A DNA stretch of 62,948 bases, counting the filler, from Reclinomonas americana ATCC 50394 (taxonomy: Eukaryota), in NCBI GenBank assembly GCA_048213135.1. It is 14 parts of 14 records of this genome, joined end to end, with 100 filler letters (N's around TTAATTAATTAA, not from the genome) between each part and the next. Parts side by side here need not be neighbours in the genome. Positions count along the whole stretch, not along the records: positions 22,372 to 29,479 come from AFZH01020545.1; positions 29,580 to 32,488 come from AFZH01020546.1; positions 32,589 to 36,680 come from AFZH01020547.1; positions 36,781 to 43,889 come from AFZH01020548.1; 10 more parts are not named here. One strand, written 5' to 3'. Numbering within the stretch: the stretch's first letter is position 1; each line of letters opens with the position of its first letter. Shown piece by piece: positions 25,790 to 37,112 of the stretch. The translations under genes were made by a program, and so were the position numbers. The notes beneath the pieces were generated by a model, which had not been told where the DNA came from, made no database searches, and was given only the letters and a program-made list of their open reading frames with translations.

Positions 25790-27131
25790 TCACATGACAG
25801 AGAGCACCAGTGCCATCACAGCAGACGAATCGCTGGCGTTGCTCACGGGTATATCACGGGAGCTGTCGAATGGCTGGTCCCAAGTCGCGCCAAACACCGC
25901 ATGCCCGGCGACGTGGCCACGAGCGACGTTCCAGATGGCACTCGCGCTGTTGGTGAGTACGCGGGCGTACTCGGCACGCGGTGAAACCTGGTGCAGCAGC
26001 TGCAGGTAGCGGTAGCCGATGCCCTTGAACTGCGGTGCGTCGGTGCCGGTGGGAGTGCCGTCGGTGAGCACGCCATCGGCCGTCACCTCCTTGCTGACCA
26101 TGAACGAGGCCATGTTGTGTGCTTGGTCGAGGTACGTCGCGTCGCCGGTGGCGCGGTACAGCTCCACGGCGGCACCAATGCCGACACCCTCTGTTGGCGA
26201 TATATACCGACTGTCAGCAACCCTGTTCACCTCGCACCCCCCTCTCTATTCTCTTCTCCTTCCCGCACACATACCGTTGTAGGTAAACTGCCATTCCACG
26301 GGCTCGCACTGCGGAATGGCCAAGTGATCGGCCACATGGTGGGTGGTGGGGTCGACCATGCGCTGATGCCAGAACGCATACACCTGCTTCGCAAACGCCA
26401 GTCGCTGCGGATCCACTGGCTTCTTCAGCATGGCCAAGCGCGCCGCCGTGATCACCACCGCAAAGTTGCTGGCGGTGGCCTTTTGCGTGTGCTTCGTATC
26501 CCACCACACACCACCACCGCACACATGCGTGTCCCAGTTCGGCACAATGTGCTGCTCGTAGATGGACTCGGCGGTGGCCAGCAGTTCAGCACGCGCCGAC
26601 AGACCGTACGCACGAAGGAGCGCCAGCACCATCCAGTTCATGTCGTCAATGTAGTCGCGGCCAAAGCCTGCGTGCATGTAGTGAGCAAAGAAGGCTTATC
26701 GGGCTTTTTCTCCAATGACAGACCTCGCGCCGACTGGCCCGCGTAGATGCTCATAAACACGGGCTCGTACACGGTGGCGTTGCCGGTGAGCGTCCACACG
26801 TCGACGATCGCTGAGCGCCCGCAGCGGGGTCAGTCATTCGTTTTTCATCATGGATCAGTTCCTTTTGTGTGTCGCTCTCACCATCCAAGCACTGCGCCAG
26901 ATTCCAGTACTCAGACGCATCTCTGCCGCGCCCCGACGCCTCCACGTACTTGAAGAACGTGCGGCCGTGGACATCATAAAACGCCGTCAGCATGTCATTC
27001 GCCGCACTGACGGCGTTGTCTGTGTTGTTGCTCCAGCGCACAGACAATGATTCTGCAGTGGCATGACCACTGCAGACAAGCACATACACGGCGAGAACGA
27101 GGCCGCAGACGGCGACAAAGGCAACGCGCAT
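25790..27131 (-). CDS. Secreted glycoside hydrolase family 76 (alpha-1,6-mannanase/glucanase-like)
   Basis: Signal peptide MRVAFVAVCGLVLAVYVLVCSGHATA, catalytic YIDDMNW, and GGGVWW, KATASN, FTYNEG and DAPQFKGI. Three introns. Confidence 0.85.
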
Positions 27132-27189
27132 TGTTGCAAAACACGACAAACGTGACAGGACGCACGCACTTTTCCTCTTCTTCGTCATC

Positions 27190-28568
27190 ATGGCCGCTCG
27201 CACTGCTCTCGTCACTGGTTTGCCTCTCTCTCTCTTGCTCACACACACACTCTTCACGCGCACACTGAGCTGTGCACATGACACAGGCGCCAACAAGGGA
27301 ATCGGGTACGAAATCGTGCGCGGACTTCTCGCGCAAGACCCGCACTTGCGCGTGGTGCGTGCTGTGTCTTGCTCTCGCTCTCTCACACACTCTCTGAGTA
27401 TCTGAATATGTGTGGCAATGAGTGCAGTACTTGGGTGCGCGTGACCGTGCGCTGGGAGAGGCGGCGGTGCGTGAGATTGTCGGAGCTGACGCGGAGGTCG
27501 TCGGAGACCGCCTTTCGTACTTGCATGTTGACCTCAATGACGAGGCCAGCATTGTGGAGGCGGCGCGACACATTGAGAGCACTGGTAAGTAGTGTCATGC
27601 ACGCTGGGTGCATGTGCATGATATGTGTGTGTCTTACTCTCTTGTGCATTGCAGGGCACGGACTCGACATTCTCGTGAACAACGCTGGCATGGCCTTCAA
27701 GGGAGATTCATTCGACGAGAACGTGTTCCGCACGACTCTTGGTGGGTGTTCCCACCTGTTGTGTTACTTGCGTATGTACTGTGTGCAAGCTCCTCACGCC
27801 GCGTGACGGGCAGCGGTGAACTATTTCGGGACCAAGGTGGTGACTCTTGCCATGCTTCCGCTGATGAACGACCACGGGCGCATCATCAATGTCACCTCGC
27901 AGGCGGTTCGTGCCTCGTGCATGCAGCTTCCCAAAGAATCCGACACTCACAAAGAACCGGTGCATGCAGGGTCTACTTAAGAATGTCCCCGGCCCCGAGC
28001 TCCGAGAGCGTTTCGTCCACGCCACCGAGGACGTCATGTTTGCGGAGGTGGAGACTCTGTGCGAAGAGTTTGCAGTGGCCATTCGCGACGGAACCTTCTT
28101 GGACAAGGGTTGGCCAAAGTTTTGTGGAAATGGTCGTTCCTGCCCAGCTGCACTGCACAGCGTACTGACCAGTGTCTATGTGTCTGGCAGGTCGGCGTAC
28201 TCAATCAGCAAGGTGGCCGAGAACGTGTTGGTTTGTGGCATATCAATCTTGCACCACGTTGCTTTCTGTGGACTCTGACTGCCCCCGCAGACGCGCATTT
28301 TCGCACACCACCCCTCCGTCGAGCAGAAGCATCTGATGGTTGCCGCGGTGTGCCCCGGTGAGCGACAGACTGCAGTGCAACGCGTTACGCGAAAACTTCG
28401 GCTCCTTCGCTGACACCACTCATAGGTTACTGCGCCACCGACATGAGCTCTCACCGTGGACCCCGATCGGCGGCCAAGGGCGCAGAGACGCCCGTGTGGC
28501 TTGCTCAGGCGGCCCCGGAGGATGTGCACGGACGCTTCTTCTTTGATCAGAGTGAGATTTCCTATTGA
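27190..28568 (+). CDS. Short-chain dehydrogenase, carbonyl reductase (CBR1)-like
   Basis: ALVTGANKGIGYEIVR, LDILVNNAG, VNYFGT, catalytic SAYSISK, VCPGYCATDMS and GAETPVWLA. Confidence 0.9.
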
Positions 28569-28752
28569 GCGGGGAATGCATGGGGCAGGAAGCGAGAACG
28601 GAGAATGAACCCGCTTGTTGTGCTCAGTTCGACAGAGTGAGGCGGATGTGGGCACGCGACAAAAAGTTGATGCATGCATGCCTGCATGATCAATGTGTCC
28701 TCGTCCGCCCCAACATTCTCGTCATCATATCACTCAACACCAAACAGTGAAG

Positions 28753-31700
28753 ATGGACGCGCAGCGACTTGCACGGCTCCAAGCTCTCCATGACATCATG
28801 GCTCAGATGCTGGAGGCAGACAACATGCGTGTGCGCGAGGCGGAGCAGGTGCGAGGCATCACGTCACTTGAGTTCGTTCGGTTCTGTGGACCCCTCACAT
28901 TGTGTGCATGCATGTTGTGTGTGTGTGTGTGTGCAGCAACTTGCCAATCTCGGCATCGGGGTGGTGCCGGATGCAGTGCACATCTGCTGCTTGGCAGTCG
29001 ACGTGCCTGTTGCCTCACGCCAGGTGCTCTCGCAAGTGTGTCCCCTCCCTCCTGCCTGCTGTGATGACTGACTGACAGAGCGTGTGTGGCGTGTGTGTGC
29101 AGATGGCCGGTTTACTGGCCAAGAACAAGCTGCGCGAGGGTCTCGGCGAGCTTGCCGCCGGTCAAGTTGATGAGATGTACCGGAATCTCTGTGTTGGGCT
29201 GGAGTCGGACCACCGCCCGATTCGTGCCACTGTCGCTTCGTGCATGCATGCATTGTTTGAGCACGGTATCACAGTGTGTGGTGTCGCCTGTTTGTCGAAG
29301 ATAACGATGGTTCTCACCGTTGTGTTGGCTTATGCTTAGGTGGCCGCAATCGATTCCCCGATCTCCTTCCGCTGCTGCTTGAATCCATCAGCTCTGGCGG
29401 AAACAACCTCCACATTGAGCGCGTTGATGGCGCCCTTCGCACGCTCATTCTGATATGCGAGCATCCCGAGGCGCTGGGANNNNNNNNNNNNNNNNNNNNN
29501 NNNNNNNNNNNNNNNNNNNNNNNTTAATTAATTAANNNNNNNNNNNNNNNNNNNNNNNNNNNNNNNNNNNNNNNNNNNNTTATTGCCTTCGTCTGCCACA
29601 TTATGCGAGATCAAGAGGACAACGACGCCGTTCTCGAGGCGTGCGAGGTGCTGGTTAGCATTACGGACTCTGGATTTTATGGCGAAGCTCTGGTAGAGTC
29701 AGGAGATGTGTGAGTGCGAAATGCCGCTGTTCGACACCTTGTGTTTCGATTCACACACACACTTACACTGCGCATTTGAGCGAATCAGGATTGTGCCTCT
29801 CTTGCTCAGGCGCATGACGTATATTGATGAATTCCTGGCGGCTGGAAACCAGGAGCTGGCTGTCCCGGAAAATATGGCCGAGGCGGACGGCGATGACTGT
29901 GCGTGTGCTGCGTTCTTGCATGTCCACCAGGTGCATTCGCTGAGAGCTGCGGTAATAGTGGACTACGAGGAGTGGACAGTGCGCAAGTGCGCCGCTTCGA
30001 CGCTCGACCTACTCTCCAGCTTGGATCATTTGGGGTATGTCACCGAATATAATGTTCACATCCCGCGGCATTCGTTTACCCGTTGTTTGCGCGCACAGCG
30101 CCAGCATTCTGCCGATTCTGATGCCCGAAGTGGAGCGACTGTTGGCGCCGGAGGGGTCGTGGGAGACACGGGAGAAGTTGTGTACTTGCCAACTGTGGTC
30201 GCGCACGTGTTGCAGCATGCGGGATTATAGTATCTCATGTTACATGCACTCGTAAAGGGCCATCTTGGCGATTGGCTGTGTTGCGGAGAACTTGAATGAC
30301 GAGCTTGGACCACATCTGGATGCGATTCTCCCCGTTCTGTTGCAGAGCACTCGTGATGCAGTGGTTTGTCAGTGGGGATCCGTTGTGAGATATGTGCAAA
30401 AACACACGCCCGCATTCTGACAGTTCGATGCTGTCAGTCGTTCGTGCGATCGATTTCTTGTTGGACACTGAGTCGAGTGGCGCCTTGGCTTGCACAATCT
30501 CGGCGCGCGGCGGACGCGGTGGCAGCCATTATTCTCTGCTTGCGAGACGTGAAACCGCGCGTTGCGTTCTGATTCGAGTTTGCACAACGCGAGAACGCGA
30601 AAACAACTAAAAATGCGTTGAACAGGTGGTCCAAGCTGCGGCTACTGCACTTGCCATGTATGCCGAGGAGGCGGAGCTTGATCTGGATCCATTCATGCGG
30701 CAGATTGTGGACGAGACCTTGGACGCTTACGAGAGGATTGGCGCGGGGGATGTGCGACTTACTTTGATCGACTGTATCGGCACGCTCGGCACCGACAGAC
30801 CAGCGTCGTTGGCAGAAGTGGCGGGTGACCGACTGGCTGGCGCATTCCTTCAGTGGGTCTGTTTGATGCTCGATATCACCATTGCTTGTCGATGTTTTTG
30901 GTGTGTCTCACCATTGTATTCGCATGAATCTGCAGTGGAGTGCTGCAGCTGACGACGATGAATCTTTTGTTCCACTTGTGGAGACCATCTCGTGTTTGGT
31001 CTCTCCGCTCAGCGAGTCGTTTGTGGCACACATTGCAGAGATCTGCACTCGTTGCTTGCGGGTTGCCGCCGATGCTGTCGAGCGAGAAGTTGCGCCGTCG
31101 CCTGTGCATGCTCTCACCGTGTTGGAACTTGCCGTGTAACGATTTCTGTTTGTCCTTGCACAGGGAAAACGTGAGAGAGACACTGTGGTAGCGTGCATTG
31201 ATCTCGTCTCTGCTGCAGTCGACAATGCTCTGCTGGCGGCCGCGATGCGTCCGGTGTTGCAGCGACCGACAACCCTGGCACTGATAGAGCGATGCATGCA
31301 GGTGAGAGAGTGCTCGGATGCACGATACGAGTGGACTCGTCGCCCTGCTCACTCACATTTCCATTCTGTGTTCGTCCCCTAGTCTGAAGAAGCTGCCATT
31401 CGACAGTCCTGCCACGCACTCGTCGGCAGCGTAGTGATGTCGGACCCACAAGTCCTGTTGCCGATTGTGCCGTCGTTGCTGCCACACATCTTGCGTGATG
31501 CTCAGCAAGTCATTTTCGTTAATGTTTGCAACAACGCGATCTGGGCATTCGGCAAGCTGGTTCTCCGCCTTCGTTGCGTGTTTTTGTCTCCGTAGTGTGC
31601 ATCTGCGTTTGCTCATTTGTCTCCCGTGGACGTGCTTGCGTTTTTTTCTGCAGCTGCGGGAGACTTCGACGCTGTTGTTCCCGCCATCCTTACCGCCTGC

Positions 31701-32190
31701 TCCAATACGTTGCTTTCGGACATTGTCGGGCGCGGCGTCAGAGAGACGTGTGCTGTGACCGCTGGTGAAATTGCCAGTCGATTCCCGGCTGTGGCGGCAC
31801 AGATGATGGCACTCGCCACGAGCACGTGGCTTCAATGTTTGAGAATATGTAAGTGGGGAGCCGACAAGGTGCAGGCGATATGCGGAGTGAGTGCGATGCT
31901 CGGCACCAGTTTGCCGCTTCTGGAGCAGCATCTGGTGCTCTTTGCACACTTGCTGCATTCTGTGGCGGATGAGTATGAGCCGGGAGCAGATGGTACTTTG
32001 CATCCACAAGTCCGATCGGTTCTGTCTCGTTGCGTGCGAGGAGTGTGTTGCCTGTCTCATGATCGCAACAACTGTGTATTCCAACGCGCATACACACACA
32101 GGTGTCGATGGTCTGGAAGAACGCTTACTGCAAGGTGAGATCGAGAGGGAGCAGTGGCAGTGGATACGGGAGACATTTGACCTGGAGTGA
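28753..32190 (+). CDS. Divergent transportin (karyopherin-beta2)-like HEAT protein, copy A
   Basis: QMAGLLAKN, EEWTVRKCAASTLDLLS (cf. WNLRKCSAAALDVLA), AILAIGCVAE, LIDCIGTL, IRQSCHALVG and VCNNAIWAFG. Confidence 0.8.
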
Positions 32191-32199
32191 GGACGTCGG

Positions 32200-32256
32200 T
32201 AGAGACGCCCGTGTGCACGTGGCTTGCTCAGAGGATGTGCACGGGCGCTTCTTCTT
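32200..32256 (+). pseudogene. Degenerate remnant of the SDR last exon at the duplication junction
   Basis: agagacgcccgtgtg..gcttgctca..gaggatgtgcacgg.cgcttctt matches 28484-28542 with indels. Confidence 0.75.
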
Positions 32257-32421
32257 GGAAGAATGCACGAGGCAGGAAGCGAGAACGGAGAATGAACCCG
32301 ATTGTTGTGCTCAGTACGGCAGAGTGAGGCGGATGGCAAAAAGTTGATGCATGCATGCATGATCAATGTGTCCTCGTCCGCCCCACTTCGTCATCATATC
32401 ACTCAACACCAAACAGTGAAG

Positions 32422-34218
32422 ATGGACGCGCAGCGACTTGCACGGCTCCAAGCTCTCCAGAACATCATAGCCCAGATGCTGCAGGCAGNNNNNNNNNNNN
32501 NNNNNNNNNNNNNNNNNNNNNNNNNNNNNNNNTTAATTAATTAANNNNNNNNNNNNNNNNNNNNNNNNNNNNNNNNNNNNNNNNNNNNGATTCGAGTTTG
32601 CACAACGCGAGAAAGCGAAAACAACTCAAAATGCATATGTGTTGAGCAGGTGGTCAAAGCCGCGGCTGTTGCACTTGCGATTTGTGTCGAGGAGGCGGAG
32701 CTTGATCTGGATGCATTCATGCAGCAGATTGTGGACGAGACCTTGGACGCTTACGAGAGGATTGGCGCGGGGGATGTGCGACTTACTTTGATCGACTGTA
32801 TCGGCGCACTCGGCACCGACAGACCAGCGTCGTTGGCAGAAGTGGCGGGTGACCGACTGGCTGGCGCATTCCTTCAGTGGGTCTGTTTGATGCTCGATGT
32901 CACCATTGCTTGTCGATGTTTTGGTGTGTCTCACCGGTACCATTGTATTTGGATGAATCTACAGTGGAGTGCTGCAGCTGACGACGATGAATCTTTTGTT
33001 CCACTTGTGGAGACCATCTCGTGTTTGGTCTCTCCGCTCAGCGAGTCGTTTGTGGCACACATTGCAGAGATCTGCAATCGCTGCTTGCGGGTTGCCGCCG
33101 ATGCTGTCGAGCGAGAAGTTGCGCCGTCGCCTGTGCATGCTCTCACCGTGTTGGAACTTGCCGTGTAACGATTTCTGTTTGTCCTTGCACAGGGAAAACG
33201 TGAGAGAGCCACTGTGGTGGCGTGCATTGATCTCGTCTCTGCTGCAGTCGACAATGCTCTGCTGGCGGCCGCGATGCGTCCGGTGTTGCAGCGACCGACA
33301 ACTCTTGCGCTGATAGAGCGATGCATGCAGGTGAGAGAGTGCTCGGATGCGCGATACGAGTGGACTCGTCGCCCTGCTCACTCACATTTCCATTCTGCGT
33401 TCGTCTTCTAGTCTGAAGAAGCTGCCATTCGACAGTCCTGCCACGCACTCGTCGGCAGCGTAGTGAACACGGACCCACAAGTCCTGTTGCCGATTGTGCC
33501 GTCGTTGCTGCCACACATCTTGCGTGATGCTCAGCAAGTCATTTTCATTAATGTTTGCAACAACGCGATCTGGGCATTCGGCAAGCTGTTTCTCCGCCTT
33601 CGTTGCGTTTCTCGTCTCCGTAGTGTGCATCTGCGTTTGCTCATTTGTCTCCCGTTGACGTGCTTGCGTTTTTTTCTGCAGCTGCGGGAGACTTCGACGC
33701 TATTGTTCCCACCATCCTTACCGCCTGCTCCAATACGTTGCTTTCGGACATTGTCGGGCGCGGCGTCAGAGAGACGTGTGCTGTGACCGCTGGTGAAATT
33801 GCCAGTCGATTCCCGGCTGTGGCGGCACAGATGATGGCACTCGCCACGAGCACGTGGCTTCAATGGTTGAGAGGATGTAAGTGGGGAGCCGACAAGGTGC
33901 AGGCGATATGCGGAGTGAGTGCGATGCTTGGCACCAGTTTGCCGCTTCTGGAGCAGCATCTGGTGCTCTTTGCACACTTGCTGCATTCTGTGGCGGATGA
34001 GTATGAGCCGGGAGCAGATGGTACTCTGCATCCACAAGTCCGAGCGGTTCTGTCTCGTTGCGTGCGAGGAGTGTGTTGCCTGTCTCATGATCGCAACAAC
34101 TGTGTATACCGAGGCACGTACACCCGCAGGTGTCGATGGTCTGGAAGAACGCTTGCTGCAAGGTGGGATCGAGAGGGAGCAGTGGCAGTGGATACGGGAG
34201 ACATTTGACCTGGAATGA
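32422..34218 (+). CDS. Transportin-like copy B (middle missing in the gap 32489-32588)
   Basis: Same start MDAQRLARLQAL. 32590-34218 is near-identical to about 30571-32190, with the same introns and the same stop. Confidence 0.75.
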
Positions 34219-34293
34219 GGACAATCTGCGACGGAGCTCGAGACTCGAAGTAATGAAGTGTTGGTCCCACCGAACTTACAAGTAACTGAACGA

Positions 34294-36680
34294 ATGCACG
34301 ACGAGGAGAAGCAATTGACTCCGCCCAGCGCATCGTATCTCGGCAATGTGCTGTCGCACTGCAACCTGCTGCTGTACAGCGATCATGCCGTGTACCAGCT
34401 GCAAGTCGACAGCGGGCACGCACCAAAAGCAGTCGTGCGCTCACCATCGCGACTGACAGCTCACGCAGTTGGTGCGCGAAGCTTGCTTGCAGTGGCTGAC
34501 ACGCAGCGCACTGTGCGCCTTCTCTCCCTTGATCGCGGAAGCGATGCGCCCCGCAGTGTGTGGTACACGCGGACACTGAGCGTGGTGTCGTGCATGGACT
34601 TGTGGGAGGATGCGGGCGGGCGAGAGTGGCGACTGGTGACGGGAGGGTTGAATGGCGTCGAGCTGTTTGCTGCTCGTGTGAGAGCAGAGGATGAGGAGGA
34701 GGAGGACGAGGAGAAGAAGAAGAAGGGAGAAGAGGTGTTCGAGCCTGCGCAGGTGGTGGTCGGTCATCGGCAGTATCAGATTGCATGCGTGCGTTGGTCA
34801 CACGATGCGCGACAGCTGGCGGTGGTACTTGTCTCTGTGTGACCGCGGCAACGTCAACTCCGTGGACTCATCGGTTGTGATGGCGCAGGCGTCCGTGGAT
34901 GGTCGACTTGCTGTGTGGAGGGCCGCCGACGCGGATGGCGTCATGGACTTGTATGGTGCTTTGCTTGTCGTGGTGTCGGGGTGCTTATTCGTGTTTGTGT
35001 ATGCGTGTGTGCTTCGCTGATGTCGACTACTCACACGTGTCTGGTTTGCGCGCGGCCAGAGTCGTGGTTGTGCGATGTTGATGGCGAGTGTGTGACCGCG
35101 ATGGAGTTTGGGCGCGCTGGCTCGCTGCTGAGTGTCGCCACGTGGAACGGACAGCTTACCGTGTACGGCAGGCGCGATGAGGTTAGATCGACAGCGCATC
35201 GATTCGTCCACCAGTGGCGCAGTGCGTCTGAATTGTGCACGTGCAGGTGGCGGATGGGCCATTCAGCTGGCAAGTCGTGTCGACCACGGGTGGTGGTGTG
35301 CTGTCCAGCGGCGGAGACACGGCGAGTTGGGGCGCGTCGTCTCCGCCAGCGCTGACCGTGTTCTCACCCACCGGGCGACATGTCATGTTGCGATCTTACG
35401 TGAACGCTTGTCGGGTCGAGTTGTTTTTTTTTTTTCACTTGATGATGTGCAGGTTCTCGTGTTGGTGGACACGCGGTGTGGCAATCGTCGACACGGACAG
35501 TGGTATGGTTGTGCAACGAGTTCCGTTCGAGTCACCGCTAAAGGGTCTTGCACGGTGCGCGCCACCAGCACCACCCCAACTGTGTACTTCTACGATGGCC
35601 TGTGTGTGTGGTGACACCCGTGCGTGATTTGTGCAGGTCAATGTACGAAGCAGTGGCTGCTGTGGACAGGCGACGATTGTTGCACACGTTGCAATGGCCT
35701 AGTGAGTGTGTGGCCGACGTCGCGCAGCCACGATGCATCTCCTGTCGCATGGCTGCAGTCCGCTTGCACCCCACACGAACCAGCGCACTGTGCGTGACGT
35801 GGCAGCGAGTGACTGTGGTGCGGCATGCGGATGCGGACGATCGGGTGCTGGAAGTGTGCGAGAGCGATCGTCAACACGTGGTGCCGTTTGTGGGCACCCG
35901 CTGGTTGCCACTCGATCATCTGCCTGCGTGCCACCGTGCGTCAAGAGTATCCGCCGCTGGTGTCAGTGAGTCGCGCCTGTTGGCTCTCGACTCGACGCAC
36001 TGCTACCTGGCGTGGAATCGTCTCATCTATGTCGGTCGACGAGCGACCGACTCGTGGACACACTGTCGTCTCGATGCGCCCGTGGTCGCCATGTGTGCCG
36101 GTCTGCAGTGTGCCGAGCAGCAGGATGCCGTGCTTGCAGTGCTCGCCAACTGGCGAGTGGCGGTGGTGACAGGGGCGGAGCATGAAGGGGCATCGCCCGC
36201 TGTGAGCCTGCTGGGAGACATTGGCGTGGACGACAGACACCCAAGAGTGGAAGTAGGCGGCGAGATGCATACGCACTGCGCTGTGGTGTGCTCGTGGATT
36301 GTGACGGATGAGCGAGCACGTGTGGTGCAAATGACGTGGGTCTTTTCGTCGGCGACAGTGGCAGATCAATGGCATGTGGTGCAAGAAATGTGTCGGTGCC
36401 CCGTCGATGAACAACTGCGTTTGGTCGGTTGCGTAAATGGAGTGCTGCCGCTCTTTGTCGCAGACGACGACCACGAGACGAGTGCAAGAGAGAAGACAAT
36501 GTGGTTGTATGTACCCGGTTCGTCGACAACTGCATCAATCGACTTCATTTTTCGTGTCGCTGACATACACGATGCCTGCAGGTTTCGATGTATGGAAACC
36601 GCTCCATGACTGGCCACTGCTGGACGACCAAGAAGGGACCGTGGCCGCCGAAGGCCTCACCAATCCCTTCTCCTTGCTCG
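34294..36680 (+). CDS. WD40/beta-propeller protein, 3' end lost in the gap
   Basis: IACVRWSHDARQLA...ASVDGRLAVW and VTAMEFGRAGSLLSVATWNGQLTVY; GT-AG introns. Confidence 0.65.
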
Positions 36681-37112
36681 NNNNNNNNNNNNNNNNNNNN
36701 NNNNNNNNNNNNNNNNNNNNNNNNTTAATTAATTAANNNNNNNNNNNNNNNNNNNNNNNNNNNNNNNNNNNNNNNNNNNNTCAAACAAACACACAAACAC
36801 GCGCACATACACTTTTTCTCTCTGGTGTGTCGTGCACATGCATCGAGTGCACAGACACAAGAGGATGGAGGGAGGGAGAGAGGGAGAAAAGAGAGCAGAG
36901 CAGAGCAGAGTGCTCACCTGATCTTTTTTGTGTCGCACCACACAGTCGTGCATGTTGTAATGCGCTTATCCTGCTTGCGGGCGTGTTGCCCATTTCGCGG
37001 TTTGTTAACGATGCATGCTCCGCGCACAAAACAAATGAGACAAATGTGGACAACTATGGCCCGCGAGCACCGCATTTCCCGCTTCGTTTTACATCTCATT
37101 CCCCCCTCCTTG

